This document shows positions 12,801 to 55,400 of a stretch of DNA of 64,000 bases, piece after piece (positions within the stretch are counted from its first letter, which is position 1; each line of letters starts with the position of its first letter). Under the pieces are notes generated by a model. It was not told where the DNA came from and did no database searches. It was given only the letters and a program-made list of their open reading frames with translations. Source of the stretch: Hormiphora californensis (taxonomy: Eukaryota; Animalia; Ctenophora); contig CM035358.1 in the NCBI GenBank assembly GCA_020137815.1, positions 2,914,001 to 2,978,000 of the forward strand, in the 5' to 3' direction. The translations under genes and the position numbers were made by a program.

Positions 12801-15800
12801 TTTGGGCATAAAATAGGTTTTTATGGGCCAAATATGGCTCACCTCGATTTAGTGGCACCCCGATTTAGTGGCAGGATTTTTCCCCCCGAGGATGCCACTA
12901 AATCGGGGTCCGACTGTACCACTAGGGCAGATGTGGTAGTGAGTTGTGAGGGTGTAGAGATCATCCTACTGGGGGGGGGGGGGGGGGTCATATCTAATTA
13001 ATTAATCAATTGACGAATCTCTTGCAGACGACGGATGTGATAAAACCCGGACATTCTCACATTTGTGTTGATAATGATAATCTTGTCAAAAACTCACTAA
13101 CTACCACTCAACAAGCTCTTCAGTGCCACGTTATTAAGTTTATCGTGAGTAAATATTCTTTAGAGTAACTAATTTGCTTCTGTTGTGCTTTTCCTGATAA
13201 TTATAAGTGAATCATACATTAATTTGGCAATTTGCGATTTGCGGGCATCGCACTATAGACGCAGTACCCACGTACTATAGACGCATTATAGACGCATTAT
13301 AGACGCAGTATAGACGCAGTATAGACATTAGACACACGCAATATAGACGGACTTTCGTAAGCAGCAGTATAGACGCAGTATAGGCGCAATATAACAGCAA
13401 TATGAACGCATTTTTATAGCGCGACGCAGTATAGCCGCATTATAGGCGCACTACCCACCCCGAAATCACTTTATAGACGCACTATAGACGCATTATAGAC
13501 TGACTATAGCAGCATCATAAACGCTACATAGACGCATATAGACGCATTATAGAAGCATTATAGACGCAAATTGCTTTTTATAGACGCCGCGTCTATAAAA
13601 AACGTGCTTTTTTAAGAAGCACTATAGACCGTCTATTGACGTACTCAGACGCACGCTGCGATATTTGAGGCGCAGTTGGGCGAACTATAAACGCATTTTT
13701 GTCGCATATAAAAGGAAGCAGTATGCAGTATAGACGCATTATATTCCATCTCTGTCTTTTTCTGTCTCACTCCGTCCCTATCTCACTCTCTCTCTCCATC
13801 TTACTCTCTCTTCATCTTACTCTGTCCTTCTGTCATGTCTCAGGTCTTTATCCGTCTGTCTCTGTCCCTGTATCCCTCCCTCTCTTTCCCTCTTTCCCTC
13901 TCCTTCCCTCTCCCTCCCTCCCTCCCTCCCTCTCTCTCCCTCTCCTTCTTATTTTGCGTCTTGGTTACGAAGTCACCCCTTAATATTTCATATATCACTG
14001 GGGCGCTCGCGCGGAGGGGTAATTTCATTACCAATTTTGCGTCTATTTTGCGTCTTTATCAATTTCGCACAAATGCGGCTATGATGCGTCTATAATGCGT
14101 CTATAATGCTTCCTTTTATATGCGACAAAAATGCGTTTATAAAACGCCCAACTGCGTCTAAAATATCGCACTGTAGCCTGGAGTACGTCTATAGTGCTTC
14201 TTTAAAAAGCACGTTTTTTGTAGACGCGGCGTCTATAAAAAGCGATTTTCGTCTATAATGCTTCTATCATACGTCTATGTAGCGTTTATGATGCTGCTAT
14301 AGTCAGTCTATAATGCGTCTATAGTGCGTCTATAAAGTGATTTTGGGGTGGGTAGTGCGCCTATAATGCGGCTATACTGCGGCGCGTCTATAAAAATGCC
14401 TTTATATTGCTGTTATAATGCGCCTATACTGCGTCTATAAGCTGCTGCTTACGAAAGTCCGTCTATATTGCGTGTGTCTATACTGCGTCTATACTGCGTC
14501 TATAATGCGTCTATAGTACGTGGGTACTGCGTCTATAGTGCGATGCCCGCAAATCGCAAATTGCCCATTAATTTGTTGTTTTTGATTCAACTTCCCCCAG
14601 AAATCAGATATTTCCTACAAACTGGGGTATACGATTAAGAACAATGAACCCGTAATTAAGTACGGTGACGTTAAGAAGGTTATTTCCAAAACTCTAAAGC
14701 ACCTCTATATAAATGAGGAGAGTGGCGAGGTTCACTGTGCAGCAGATATTGATGCTGTCTATGACCGAGTTCAATGTGTAAGTAGAAAACCTCCTGAATC
14801 TAGTACAGCCTTATCGATACAAACGATGTTTTTTGTCAATTCTCTACTGCGTTATAAATGGGTAATTAATGAATACATATTATGTGCTTCAGCTACTACG
14901 TTTTAAATTAATGGATATTTATAGAATATAATGAATGAATATTAAATGTGCTTCAGCTTCTGAAAAAGGGTTTCCACTTCGAAGGAAACGAGAAAAAAGG
15001 GGACACCATACAAGACGTCGAATTGAAATGTGAATGGGAGAACATCGTAGGGAACAGGACTCAACTGGCAAGGAAGTTTAACCATTTCCTGGCAAACATG
15101 GCTCGAGATGAGGTAGGCCGTTTTTTATATATGATAACATATTAATTGATTGTTTATTAGCCGGATATACAATGGGGAAGTTTAGTTAACAGACAGATCT
15201 TATATCATATCAAAAAGCTCTGTCACAACCAGTCGTGTCCATGTTCATACACTTCCTCATTGACTCTTTCACCTTTTAATTTTCTCTTTGAATATTTGAA
15301 TCTGGTAGTTGTTTGTTAACTAAACCACCCTGCACAGGGGGGGGTTCCAACCTATTTTTTGTACGGTTTTGTACGGTTTTGTACGGACCATACATAAAAG
15401 TATCCGAAATTCCTGTTTTTTTTCATACAAACAATACAAAAAAATACAAAAAAATAATGAAGGATGTGGGTGCCTGATAAAAGTATAAATAATACATAGC
15501 TGGGTTCCGTTTATGTTCTGTACCATCTATCATATATATGAACGTTTTTAGTTCCATTGTCGTCCATTTTCCTGCTAAAATTACATACTAAAAAAGTGTG
15601 TAAAAGTACACGTTTTTGAAATTCTAAAAAAACGAAATCATTGATTCAGATTACCGTTACGATTACGAGAAAATTTTCTCAGTTGGAGATCACTTTCTCG
15701 GTACTAATTTCGATTCGGGATAATTTTCTCGGTAAAAATTGCGATTTGAGGAAATTTTTCGCTTAGAAAATACGATTCGAGAAATTTTTTCGGTAAGAAA

Positions 15801-18017
15801 TTGGGATTCGGGGAAATATCTCGCTTAGAAAATACGATTCGAGAAAATTTTCTCGGTAAGAAATTGCGATGCTAGGAAATTTCTCGCTTAGAAAATACGA
15901 TTCGAGAAAATTTTCTCGGTAAGAAATTGCGATTCGGGGAAATTTCTCGCTTAGAAAATACGATTCAAGAAAATTTTCTCGGTAAGAAATTGCGATTCGG
16001 GGAAATTTCTCGCTTAGAAAATACGATTCGAGAAAAATTTTCTCGGTAAGGAATTGCGATTCGGGGAAATTTCTCGCTTAGAAAATACGATTCGAGAAAA
16101 ATTTTCTCGGTAAGAAATTGCGATGCGAGGAAATTTCTCGCTTAGAAAATACGATTCGAGAAAATTTTTATCGGTAAGAAATTGCGATTCGGGGAAATTT
16201 CTCGCTTAGAAAATACGATTCAAGAAAATTTTCTCGGTAAGAAATTGCGATTCGGGGAAATTTCTCGCTCAGAAAATACGATTCGAGAAAAATTTTCTCG
16301 GTAAGAAATTGCGATTCGGGGAAATTTCTCGCTTAGAAAATACGATTCGAGAAAACTTTTCTCGGTAACAAATTTCGATTCGAGGAAATTTCTCGCTTAG
16401 AAAATACGTTTCGAGAAAATTTTCTCGGTAAGAAATTGCGATTCGGGGAAATTTCTCTCGCTTAGAAATTGCGATTCGATAATACTTTCTTGGATAGAAA
16501 GTTCGATTTGGAAAGATTTTCTCTCTTAGAAATTCCAATTTTTCGTACAAACAGTACAAAAAAAAGCACAACAAATTATGGAGGTGGGTGCCTAGTAAAA
16601 TTTCACAGACGGGTTCCTTTTGTCCTAATGTACCACCTAGGAACGTTTGTCGTGTAATTATTATCTTTCATTCGAAATTCGAAAAAGTAAACATCATTGA
16701 TTCAGATTTCGAAAATTTTTAATAGAATTTTTCCTTGTGTTTTGATAAAGAACAATTAAAACATGATTAAAACATGTTTTTATCTTCCAATTATAAGAAA
16801 AAGTTGCTAATTTTGTATGAAACCACAGTTTAATAGGAATTTATGACACAATTATGATCATAAACTAAAGTTTCAACGATCAGAAAAGCTTTGTTTAATC
16901 GTTTATACCCCGTTTTATTTTTTTGTATTTTTTTGTATTTTTTTGTACTTTTTTGTATTTTTTTGTATTTTTTTGTTTGAGGAAACCCGTGTTTTTTTCC
17001 GTACAAACGTACAACAAATAGGTTGGAACCCCCCCCCCTGCACACCCCTGTTACCCCTTAAGGGCACACCTCCGCGAAATTGTATGGATGGCCTGATGGA
17101 AGTCCTTGAAGATTTTCAAAGTAACAGTAATGCAGATGAAAAAACCTGTTTAGGAAATATGGTAGGTTTGCCTACGATACTGTATTATAGTATACTATAC
17201 ATTGTACAATACACTGATACTGAATTGGGTTGCTAATTGGATTGCTAATTAACAGGGTTACTAATTGGATTACTAACTAGGCTACTAATTGGATTCCTAA
17301 CTGTTTCAGAGAAACCTTCGCAAATCGGTTTGTAATAACATAATTGTAAAAAGCATTTCAAAGAAAGTATTTCTTAGTTGGAAGACTAACTACAACGAAA
17401 ACAATTGTGCAAAAAAGGTGAGTCTTCTAAATACAGGCGAGTTTCTAAATACAGGCGAGTTTCTAAATACATTCGAGCCCTCGGGGCCGGTTAATCGGAC
17501 CGATAGTTAATAGCTTGGTTTCTACTTGGTGACGCAGTCACCCCTACACTAGCCGCGCGCAGCGCGGCTAAACGAAGCCAAGGTTTCTACTTAAAACATA
17601 TAAGATGTTTCAATTAATATATAGCTTCCCCAATGAACTCTCCCCTTTCAGGCAATCCTAGACCTATCACGGATGTTTGAGAAAGATAGTGACCCGGTCA
17701 ACACAGAGTTTTCGATTAACTTCAAAGGTTTATACTGTGGAACGGCAAACATTACATGTCTTGACGCCCTTGTCAACTATGAGCAACATAAGGGATTTTG
17801 GGAAGATCTAAAGGAAATCGTACCACGACTCATTAGAATCTTACACTCTCTCCACTCGGGAACATCAGAGGAATGCTACAAAGCGGACGAAACCGGGGTG
17901 CATAGTGGAGGGGAGGTAGGGGGTTTGTATGATGACTGTATAGGTTACTCAACTGAATACGCATATAAGCCGTCATTTTGGGAGACTTATCTAGAAGAAC
18001 CGGTACTATTTAAATAA
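9846..18017 (+). CDS. Secreted uncharacterised protein, ~560 aa, about 10 exons
   Basis: Exon 1 ATG 9846 MSLVLVLIT G|gtaaac joins exon 10660-11030 to give the signal peptide MSLVLVLITVLSTTLQGLLVEA. Open phase-0 exons follow at ~11129-11248, 13028-13144, 14601-14777, 14956-15111, 15161-15304, 17062-17161, 17310-17417 and 17652-18017, with GT-AG boundaries. No domain recognised. Confidence 0.72.
10025..10572. mobile_element. Palindromic MITE, PIF/Harbinger-like (TAA flanks), copy 1
   Basis: TIR GAGCCTTTCTAGACGAGACAAAATCTCGTATGAGGCT, TAA on both sides, near-identical copy at 27812-28356. Confidence 0.88.
11613..12916. mobile_element. Non-autonomous Tc1/mariner/pogo-type element with TA TSD
   Basis: TA|CAGTCGGACCCCGATTTAGTGGC ... 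GCCACTAAATCGGGGTCCGACTG|TA, with subterminal CGATTTAGTGGC repeats and no transposase ORF. Confidence 0.9.
13226..14565. mobile_element. Foldback/Mutator-like element with ~500-bp repeat-rich TIRs and 9-bp TSD
   Basis: GGCAATTTGCGATTTGCGGGCATCGCACTATAGACGC at both ends in inverted orientation; arms built of TATAGACGCA units; CATTAATTT on both flanks (13217-13225, 14566-14574). Confidence 0.92.
15337..17036. mobile_element. Mutator-like TIR element with internal ~59-bp satellite array (~15720-16480)
   Basis: TIR GGGGGGGGTTCCAACCTATTT; 8-9-bp TSD (C)CCTGCACA; about 12 internal copies of TTAGAAAATACGATTCGAGAAAATTTTCTCGGTAAGAAATTGCGATTCGGGGAAATTTCTCGC. Confidence 0.85.
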
Positions 18018-19236
18018 GTAGTTAGAGCAATAGGATTTTAGTAAGTTAATGTTATAGGTATTTGATATTTTGATATTGTATATGTGATTTATGGATGGTT
18101 TTTGTTATTTTTTCATGAAATGGCTACTGATGCCTGATGCATTGAAAATATTAAATCAATCAGAATAATTGCAATTGATTGTAGGTTTTGATAGGTTTTT
18201 CGATATAAAGTAAAGCTTGTATTTGAATTTTTTGCCCATACATGATCCATGAGTAATTGAACACTTTTATTTATGAATCGCAGGAGGTAGCAATCGCTAT
18301 TTGCAAGATTGGGGCACTAGGGAATTGCTACTTACCCACGAATTTGCCTCTAACCTGCAATTATTATTATTCATATAGGTTTTGTGGTAACTGAATTCGG
18401 AAGAAGTGTGACTTGTTTACTGATTTAGAACATTTTAAATGTTAAATATTTGATACATTTCGATTCATACTTGCTATAAATGCAGTGAGTTTTTAGAATA
18501 AAATTAAAAAAACTGAACTTTGGGATTCATGGTTAACAAAATTGAAACTTAATACATTGATATACTCCATGGCGCAAAATACACTTGTATATATAATTAT
18601 AGTCAGAGCGTGGCACAAATATCTAGGACATGTCGGCAACATCATTGAACCCCCCCCCCCCCCCGCAAGACAATGGGGCCCTAATAGGGCACATCTAGGG
18701 CCATAGGGCACATATATAGGGCCCTAATATGGCACATACTGGGGAACATATATCACGATTCGTGCAGACAATATGCAGACAATATGTATATAAGTTGACA
18801 CAAAAGATGACACATGAATTAGACACATGAATTAGACACAAAAAGGCACATGGTGACACAAGTTTATATGAAGACGCAAATGTGACATGACCACATTAAG
18901 GTGACAAGTTAGCATAAAGGAGACAACGTTGAAATGTCTTGAGTCGCTTGACACTTGTCCGTATGAACAAGAAATGTCCAAGACAAGAACACGATTAACA
19001 AAGTTCACGCACTGGAAGAGTTTTCCAAACTGTTGCTTTTATCCACGTGTGTGTCAATATATTGAGATTTTCCACCATAGTTATCTCACGTAAAGATCAG
19101 TTTACAGTTAATCACCTATAAAACGGTAATGTAGCTAGTTCCACACCGACTCATATTATATGGCTTGGTCTATCACATCAAAAAAGGCCAAAAACATTTG
19201 TTTGACATACCTGTATTATAACATAGTGGTTTGTCA

Positions 19237-50455
<31,219 letters not shown>

Positions 50456-50729
50456 CTTTCTGTACAAGTCATTGAAGGGTATTAACAGTGTTGCTCGATC
50501 ATATTGGCCGCCTGTATAGCGCTGCCTACGGTGCAGGTCCCGGTCTACGACATCTTACAGGGCGGATTACGGAGCAAAGTTTAGACCGTGTCGTAAAATA
50601 AGCAATGTTTTATGCGATATGTGGGCGGCTAATATGATAGAGCACCATTGACAGTCGACATACGCTGTCCTACTGTAACAGTTCTTGAGACCAGGCGAGT
50701 GACGATTAACGATTTAAAAAAGTTTTTCT

Positions 50730-50880
50730 AAAACCGGGCGCTTGATTTGAATTGAGTTCAATTCAGAAATTTACGAAAAATTTGAATGTGCGCGCAATAT
50801 CTGAGTGCCGCGCGAAGGAGAGATCGTTATGTTTACTAGGAGAGAGCAGAATAGCGCGGCTCTTGTTTTGCGCGTGCTAA
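50730..50880. promoter_or_regulatory. Probable MELK promoter with CDE/CHR-like and E2F-like motifs
   Basis: GGGCGC-4nt-TTTGAA (50736-50751), a second TTTGAA (50781-50786) and CGCG-rich motifs (GCCGCGCGAA, TTTTGCGCG), ~280-420 bp upstream of the ATG. Confidence 0.45.
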
Positions 50881-51107
50881 TTTCGAAGAAAATATTTTTG
50901 TTCGTGTGTGTTGCGTTTATTAAATAACAGACAGACAAGGAAAAAAATTTGTTTAATAAACGGTTAAAACATACACACAAGGCAATATTACAATATGTAC
51001 ATCGTCACGTTTACATATAATATGGCGCGGGCGGCAGACGGTCAGAAAAGTTCCGAAATCTGGTCACTTCGAAAATGGTATGAGCTCACAAACTATTCCA
51101 AAAAAGT

Positions 51108-52433
51108 CTACGTCTTCGTAACACATTCCAAAAGTCCCTCACTCTCCACAGTAACACAGAGGACCCCGATGACCTCTCCGCTCCCCTCCGCGACCAGTTC
51201 TATCTCCCTTTCCTCCATGGTCACTCCAGCACGTGGGATGGCGGTGCGTGCCGAACAGAGGTTCACACACATCGCCTCCGTGTCATCCCCGGGATCAGAA
51301 ATAACTGTAAACACGATCTGGAGGGGAAGGGGTGAGTCAGCCGTGCTACACGGGGGAAGTTGTCTTACAAAAGACTGTACTCTTCGCTGCTATTGATCTG
51401 GCAGCGCCGACCCGATCTGAGAGCACTGAGAAATGTCCTGCCAGACAGGCTATTGAAGCCAATAAAATGGTAGCTATGGTACATACCTCACAAGGGCTGC
51501 CCTGTGGCTCAGTCATGGTTTTGAGCAGGTTCCAATCGGCCGTCCCTCGCTCTATGTAAAATGCCTTCCGGAAATTGAAGAATAACTTTGCGCCGGTTTT
51601 AACGGTTACAGAACCAGGTGTCTCTGTTTCCGGATCAATACTGAGAAGACTGTACTCCACAAAGACCTGGAGGAGAGTGAGGTTGAGTAACTCAACAAGG
51701 GAGAGTGAGGTTTAGTAACTCAACAAGGAATAGTGAGGTTACTGGCTAGGGTAACTCCACAAGGAATAGTGAGGTATAAAATGAGTTGCCAATATAACGG
51801 TGTGATGAGAAAGGGTCGAGTGAGGCGTTTAGTTAGATGTGAGATTGTGACCTACAACAGCAGTTCTTCAGAATGGCTCGTTATAATTCTTTTTAGAAAA
51901 CTGACAGATGAGACTTTGTCTAGACTTCTAGTATGTACTCGAACCTAGATAGGCCTTATTTGATTTATTGACTGTATTTGTAACTGTAAGATTCTGATAA
52001 TCTAGCAACTATCAGCCATTGGGTTGTCTCATATAATCCTCTTCGCACCGGGCATGCGGGTTGCGCGATGTACAGTCAGTGCCTGACAACCATTGGGTAA
52101 TGGGGTATTTGCTCAACCCTCTCTTACCGCGTATCATGGTAAAGGACTAAAGGATGGTTAGAACATACCTGTGAGATACCGTTGAGTTGAGCTGCAGCGC
52201 TGTTATAAAACTCCAAATAGTGAATAATCACAACGAGAGGGGGAGCACGGGGTGTCTGATCGGGTGTGGAAACAGTTACCCCCGTATCATCGAGTGTATC
52301 CCCTAGTGTCCTGAACAGGTCTCGGTCATGTGATCGGGTCATTATGACGTCACCATCCTCGTCCGATGACATCATCTGTTCTGTGATCTGTTCGAGAGTC
52401 TCACCTTCCTCCTCCTCATCCTCAACAACTGAG

Positions 52434-52483
<50 letters not shown>

Positions 52484-55400
52484 TGTGAGTTTTATTGGAG
52501 GACTGGAGGAGTGATTTAGCCAAACCCGAATATCCCGCCCGATAGCAAATTCCAACCAAACAAGTAACAACATATACATGAACGACGAACGTGTACAATA
52601 CGCGGGGAAGAGATGAGATAAAAAGAAACGACGATAATCATGGGCAGGGGGTATCTAGTGAGTATATTAGTACCTGATGAAACAGGAAGTACCACATCAT
52701 CATCATCATCATCCGAAGGTTCCTCTTCAAAGAAAGTATTATTTAGCCCTCCCTTCTTCTCATCCTCCTGGATCCCTACTACTGCTGCAGGGATGGCAGG
52801 AGTGAGGAGTTCCTCAATCCCCTCCTCAGAGCTACTGTCATCAAACTCGTTCTTCTGAGGGATAGGGGAGGGAGGAATTTAGCAATGAGAGCTGAAGCCA
52901 GTAGGTACTCTTAACCTTAGGGATAGGGGTGTGAGTTAGCAATGGGGTCCCGGGTAAGGTAATGTGAGCTGAAATGTTCCTACAGAATTATGTACGTACC
53001 AGGGCAAGTCTCTGTAACTCCTCAGCCCCATCCGAATCACTAATTGGCTCCGCTACACCCCTCACTACAGTTACTGGAGTGCTCGCTACACCGGCAGCAG
53101 TCTCCTGTGCTGGTTTCTGCTGAATCTGTGTCTCAACAGCCTGGGGTAAATCCGGGGTCTCATCACCATCCGACATTATATCCTCACTAATGCTTGTGAG
53201 AGTACTCTCACTCATTACAGAATCAACCACTACTTCAGCGTAAGTTTTTTGGGGTTCAGCGGGTAGAGATCGTGCAGCAACAGGCGGTGGTGAATCAGAA
53301 ATAGGATCAGATGGTGGGTCAGATGGCAAGATGTCATCGTCTTTCAGAATTGATTTTAGTTCAGCTTCAAGAACAGCGTGCACAGTATCGGAGTGATCAG
53401 ATTCGGCAGCAGCACTTAGTTTGACATCAGCAATCACGGGTGATTCAATCTAACAATTAGCAATCAATTAGCAATCAATTAGCATCCAATTAGCAATCAA
53501 ATAGCATTCAATTAGCATTCAAATCATAACACATTTTTACTATTAGACAGATAACGGATAGCATAGCAACACTTACCTTCCCCGCTTTTATCATAGCCCT
53601 ATCGTGTTCATCGAGTGATCGGAAGGACATGAACTCAGTTTTAGGTACCCTCACTTCTTCAACGTTCATCTGCTGCCGCTCCTCAGCCACCCCAGCCACT
53701 TCAGCCACTTCTGCCGCCTGATCCTCATCTTCTAGCTTAAATGTCACCTAAATCATGGGGTATTTGAAACTGAAATGAGAATAAGCGAATAGGATGAGCT
53801 CCAGAGAATTATTGATCATCACAAACATGTTTCACTTTGTTCAGTCTGACTAGTTCTACTCACATGAAGTGCTGTGGGAGTGTAGGATTTAGTTTCCTTT
53901 CTCTCCGCCCTGAGTGCTGCCTTCTCTCCCTCTTCCCTCTCTCTCCGTGCTTGGGATGTCTCAAAGTAAACTGGTTTCTTTTCATAATCACTTGCACCTA
54001 CCCTATGTAATCCTGCAGGGGGATGAAATGAGGTTAAACCAAAATACAAATACATAGTGTACTCATAGTGCTCTCCATCTTTTATATATTGAGTTCGGGG
54101 TCCCCTAATTACTGGAAAGAGCGCCCTCTAACAGCAAGGGGCTCAGTAACTATAGTATACTTGTATTAGAAAGAGCTTCGTACTTGGTGATGACATCCCC
54201 TTCGCCGGCTTCGTTTGCCGCGCTTCGCGCGGCCCTAGTGTAGGGGTGACCGCGTCACCAAGCTTCGTACCTGTGTCAGGAAGATCAAGTCCAGTACGTG
54301 TAATGACAGGGTCAGGTCTCAGTGGGGAATCATGGGTTAGTTCAGCTGTGGGTGTCAAATAACTAAACTGCCATTCCATCTTGATGGTGATAACTCCAAC
54401 CCTCTCTCCTGTCCCCTCTCCCAGGATCTCGTAGGTTCCCTGAAAACATTGGTGGTAATGATTACGGATTATGGTTTTGCGTACGTGATGACCAGAATTA
54501 ATAACTTTTGTAACAAAACCAAACTGACGAAAATAGTTACTTAACCATTGTCTCTGAATCATCCGGCTAACTAACAACCCGATGATTCTGTCTAAATACT
54601 ACACTATCATTGTCTTCTCACCCCAACATTTCCTCCCCGTGCCAGTTGTATGAGAGGTACGTCAGCTGCTCCCAGGTACTCCCCCTCCCCTGAATCATCA
54701 AACAGGTGCACCTGACACACTGCCTGGGACAGGTACCTAGGGATATAGGAACGGTTAGATAATGGGTTGACGGGATGTTGAGAAAGGCAATGGGAGACTT
54801 GGGAGAAGTTATCGATGTATCGGGGAGCTTGTAAACTCCATAAATCACCTGTGCAGTGCATGGTCGGTGGTCAGTGGGTAAGTGTAGGAGTCGTTGAACT
54901 GTGGACTGTTTGAACTCTCGACTGTCCCCGTGGCTCTGTCCTCAAAGTTGAAGAATTTGTATACCAGGTACCTGGAGAAGTAAGGTAAATTGTTGAGAAA
55001 AAACTGCTACTTACCAAGACCTTGTTTGGGGTTGGGTTGAATTTTGAAAATAAGCCAATTTATACAACACCAATGAATTAATTAATAAATTAAAAAGCTG
55101 CTGTTGGCTTACGGTGATGGTTGTTTGTTAGGATTCTTCCCCTTCACCCCAGTACAGTTCAAAACGGTAACCTTCAACTCGTTATACCCATCTGGACGGA
55201 CCTCCTCCCTCTCACCTAGGATAGGATGTGGAGATTAATGTATTGGCATTCTTGAGTAGTCCAATACTGTCAGAGCATCGGCCTGACCCTATTCTGACAG
55301 GTCCAATATTGACCAATGACCATCTCAATTTTCATAACCAATAAATGATAATCGCCGAAACCTGTAGTTACGAACAGCTACATCATACTATTACCTGTTC

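Noticed and set aside
15720-16480. Regular palindromic repeat array superficially like a CRISPR array
   Set aside because: No unique spacers, units are contiguous, no cas genes, eukaryotic context, and it lies inside a TIR element.
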